Source: Podospora anserina
Taxonomy: Eukaryota
Direction of reading: 5' to 3'
NCBI GenBank assembly: GCA_017654855.1
Contig: CM030332.1
Span: 5,580,001-5,644,000, forward strand
Length of the DNA stretch: 64,000 nucleotides
The notes below the pieces were generated by a model that was not told where the DNA came from, ran no database searches, and saw nothing but the letters and a program-made list of their open reading frames with translations. A program made the position numbers and the translations under genes. Position 1 is the stretch's first letter. The number at the start of each line of letters is the position of its first letter. Shown piece by piece: positions 60,783-64,000 of this stretch.

Positions 60783-63315
60783 ATGCCGGACTTCAAGCTC
60801 TCGGCCCAACTGAAGGGGCACGAAGCTGATGTGCGTTTCTAACTGATTTCTTCATGACTCGTTCAACTAACGACCACTTAGGTTCGTGCCGTTGCGTTCC
60901 CTTCCGCGAATCTCGTTGTCTCGACCTCCCGCGATAGAACCGTCCGTCTCTGGCGCAAGACTGCCCCGCAACCCCCGACATTTGATGAAACTATCGCCAG
61001 CCAGGGACATGGCTATATCAACTCGGTTGCTTTCTTGCCGCCATCTTCGGAGTGGCCCGAGGGCCTAGTCATTTCCGCCGGGTACGAGGCCATCATCGAA
61101 GTCAAGCGCCCAAGCCTAACTTCAACCGACAATGCCGATCGCCTTCTCGTAGGCCATGGCCACAACGTCTGCACCCTTGATGTTTCTCCGGCCGGGAAAT
61201 ATCTGGTGTCCGGAGGGTGGGATGGCAAAGCCATCATTTGGGGAACGGACAAGTGGGAGCAGGCTGCCCAGCTTGCCCATGATGGTGAAGTGAAGACCAT
61301 CTGGACGGTCTTGGCATTCGATGAGAACACGGTCATTACTGGCAGTGCCGATGCCCACATCCGCATCTATGACATTCGAAAGGTCAACAATAACAACGAA
61401 GTAGAACCAAGACGCACTCTCACAACCAATTCCGTTGTGCGCGCCTTGTGCAAACTTCCAACTGGTCTGAAGAAGCACCCAAGTGGGGCCGACTTCGCCA
61501 GCGCCGACAATGACGGCATCATCAGGCTGTGGAAGTTAGACGGTACAGAGGTCGGAGAACTGCGTGGCCACGACAGCTTCATCTACTCCCTCGCTTGTCT
61601 TCCCAACGGCGAGATCGTCAGTGGTGGTGAGGACCGAACAGTCCGGGTATGGAAGGGGTCAGAGTGTGTCCAAACAATCACGCACCCTGCGATCTCAGTA
61701 TGGACGGTAGCCGTGTGCCCTGAGAATGGAGACATTGTGTCAGGTGCCAGTGACCATACCGTCCGAGTTTTTACGCGTAACCCCGACCGGGCGGCGGATG
61801 CTGAGGCTTTGGTCCAGTTCGAAGAGGCTGTTCGTACATCGGCGATACCACAACAGCAGCTTGGGCCTTCGATCAATAAGGAACAGCTGGATCCCCACAC
61901 TTGGCTCCAAACCAACGTGGGCCAAAAAGATGGGCAAGTGAAGACGGTTTTGGAGGAGAATGGCACAATCGGTGCCTACCAGTGGTCACGAGGTCAGATA
62001 TTTGACATGATATGCAACTCAGGAGCTCAGACACTAACGTCAAACAGGTGAGCAGCGATGGGTCCATGTCGGCACAGTCGTCGACTCGACTGGCAGCACC
62101 GGCCGCAAGGTTCCATATAACGGCCAAGAATACGACTATGTTTTCGACGTTGATATCAAGGAGGGGGCACCGCCACTCAAGCTCCCTTACAACCTTTCTC
62201 AAAACCCTTACGAGGCAGCAACCAAGTTCTTGGGTGACAACGAGCTGCCAATATCATATCTCGACCAAGTGGCCCAATTTATCACTTCGAATACCCAAGG
62301 TGCGACGATTGGCCAATCCTCAGGGTTGGCTGATCCGTATGGGACAGAAGCCCAGTCCGCAGCTGATCAATCATCACAACCGTCGACCAAGTTTTTGCCG
62401 CATACAGACTACCTCGCCCTTACGGTAGCCAAGTCTGAGCCTGTGTTGAAGAAGCTCAAAAGCCTTAATGAGAAGCATATTCTTGCTGGCAATAAGCACA
62501 TTTCCATGAACCCGAGTGGCCTCAACATTGTCGAGCATGCTCTCCAAGCTACCATGGGAGTGCAAGCTGCGAGTCAGAAGGGGAAGTTACCCCCAGCGCT
62601 CAACGACGCGACCCAGAGCGTTTTGAGCATCGCCACACAGTGGCCGTACAACGATCGACTTCCTGCTCTCGACGCACTTCGGTGCTTGGTCACCTGGCCG
62701 GGTGTCTCCACTGTGACCGATCCCAGAGGCGGCGATATCGCTAACACTGCGCTCAGAAGCGCGCTCGATGTTCAGTCCCCAATTCAAACCGACACCCCTT
62801 TAACCGAGTTAGCTCACGGGGTTGATGTGTCTACCGTCAACCCCAACAATGTCATGATGGCACTCCGGACCATTACCAACCTGTTCACTACACTCGAGGG
62901 GAGACAGCTGGTTACATCGGACGCTACCAACATCACGACCGTTCTCGGCAGAATTGCTGGTCTCGGAGAAGGCCTAAGTCCCATTGGGGCAGAGAACAAT
63001 AACGTCCAAATCGCCTTGACGTCCGCAATTTTCAACTTTGCTTGCTTGGGCTTCAACGAACGCAGCACGGTCAACTTCACCGTCATCTCCAACATCTGTG
63101 AGATTGCTGCGGCTGTTATCAGCAGACAGAGGGATGCTGAGGTCCTCTTCCGCGCAGTCATGACGCTTGGCATGGTTCTTTCCACCGGTGGCCAGGCCCA
63201 GCAGGTAGCCAAGGCCCTCGAGGTTGGGGAGGCGATTGGTGAAGCGGCCAAGAAGTCGGGAGAGGAGAGGATCAAGTCGTTGGCAAAGGAGTGCTATGGT
63301 TATCTGAGGCAATAA
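60783..63315 (+). CDS. doa1: Doa1/Ufd3/PLAA ubiquitin-Cdc48 adaptor (WD40 + PFU + PUL); introns 60831-60881 and ~61993-62047
   Basis: FKLSAQLKGHEAD|VRAV; WD repeats; THPAISVWTVA..NGDIVSGASD; PFU YDYVFDVDI..GAPPLKLPYN..NPYEAA..FL..NELP.SYLDQVAQFI; PUL WP..DRLPALD.LR. Confidence 0.95.
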
Positions 63316-63577
63316 GTGTGACACGTGGTGAATGAAGTGTGAGGGAATATTGTATATATGAGGTTACCCAGCTACCTCTAATGCTTTGCTAGTACAGCAG
63401 AGGTCCGACGCGGAGGGTGAAAAGGCAAGGGATGGAGGAAAGAGTTACAGTACTTAGGGACAGAGATTAGAGCCTTTGATGTTACAGACATGGGTTAGTA
63501 GGAGGCAACGAGATGTTATCCCACTTAGTTTCAGTATAGTGACAGTCTGCTCTTGTCTCACGTAGTCGCTATCAAGT

Positions 63578-64000
63578 TCAGTCGCCTTTCTCGCTCACCT
63601 GTTCGGGGGTGAAGATGCCTTCCCGTTGCTCTACGAAAATAGCCCCTGAAGCCACCCGGCTCCCCCGGTTGTCTATGTCAGACATCAGGAAACTTGACTT
63701 GCGGTACTGTTGTTGGTTGGTGTGGTGGGTGGTGATGTGAGAAGTGTATCTGCTGGCGCCCGACGCAACGGTGACGGAAAACGTGATTTGAGCCGCTTTA
63801 CTCCCTAAACTGAACACGCCACTGAAACCGAAACCTGGGCGGAGAAAGCTTGTCACTTTAATCCGGCATTTGGGCGGCGGCTGATGAGGGGGTTTTGGTG
63901 CTTCAGGGTTGATGCTGACTCTGTCTGCTACAGCTTTCTCACACTGGGGAGGACTCTTGGGTGGTTTACTGGATGGTTGGATGGATGGGGTTCCCGAAAT
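63578..64000 (-). CDS. Possible 3' end of a gene running in from beyond the window
   Basis: Frame is open from the window edge (ISGTPSIQPSSKPP...) to TGA at 63578, 141 codons; no recognisable domain. Confidence 0.4.
   Translation of the reverse strand: MSGTPSIQPSSKPPKSPPQCEKAVADRVSINPEAPKPPHQPPPKCRIKVTSFLRPGFGFSGVFSLGSKAAQITFSVTVASGASRYTSHITTHHTNQQQYRKSSFLMSDIDNRGSRVASGAIFVEQREGIFTPEQVSEKGD

Overview
Eukaryotic, intron-containing DNA from a filamentous ascomycete. Splice signals, gene content and C/G-skewed codon use suggest Sordariales, Podospora-like (inference). It holds about 22 protein-coding genes, one tRNA-Gly(GCC) and one ribosomal-protein pseudogene. Housekeeping genes sit at both ends (SRPK kinase, IWS1, BRL1/BRR6; SPT8, STRAP, DOA1). 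The middle is more accessory: Zn2Cys6 and C2H2 regulators, GMC oxidoreductase, amidoligase-like protein, GH17 btgC, small secreted protein, RTA1-like protein, DUF1275 protein, oxalate decarboxylase, AAA ATPase, DUF1993 protein, SWIM-RING protein and a ZNFX1/Hrr1-type helicase. Best leads: (1) the STRAP gene's UAG stop lies in a hairpin loop and is followed by 121 in-frame sense codons, a candidate A-to-I stop-loss or readthrough extension; (2) a head-to-head DUF1275 / oxalate decarboxylase pair suggesting an oxalate/formate transport role for DUF1275; (3) an N-terminally extended uL1 paralog disrupted by a frameshifting deletion and three stops compatible with CpA>TpA change; (4) two GC-AG introns; (5) an orientation-independent C-rich to G-rich switch inside many genes. 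Exon boundaries were read by eye and may be off by a few bases. No database searches were run.
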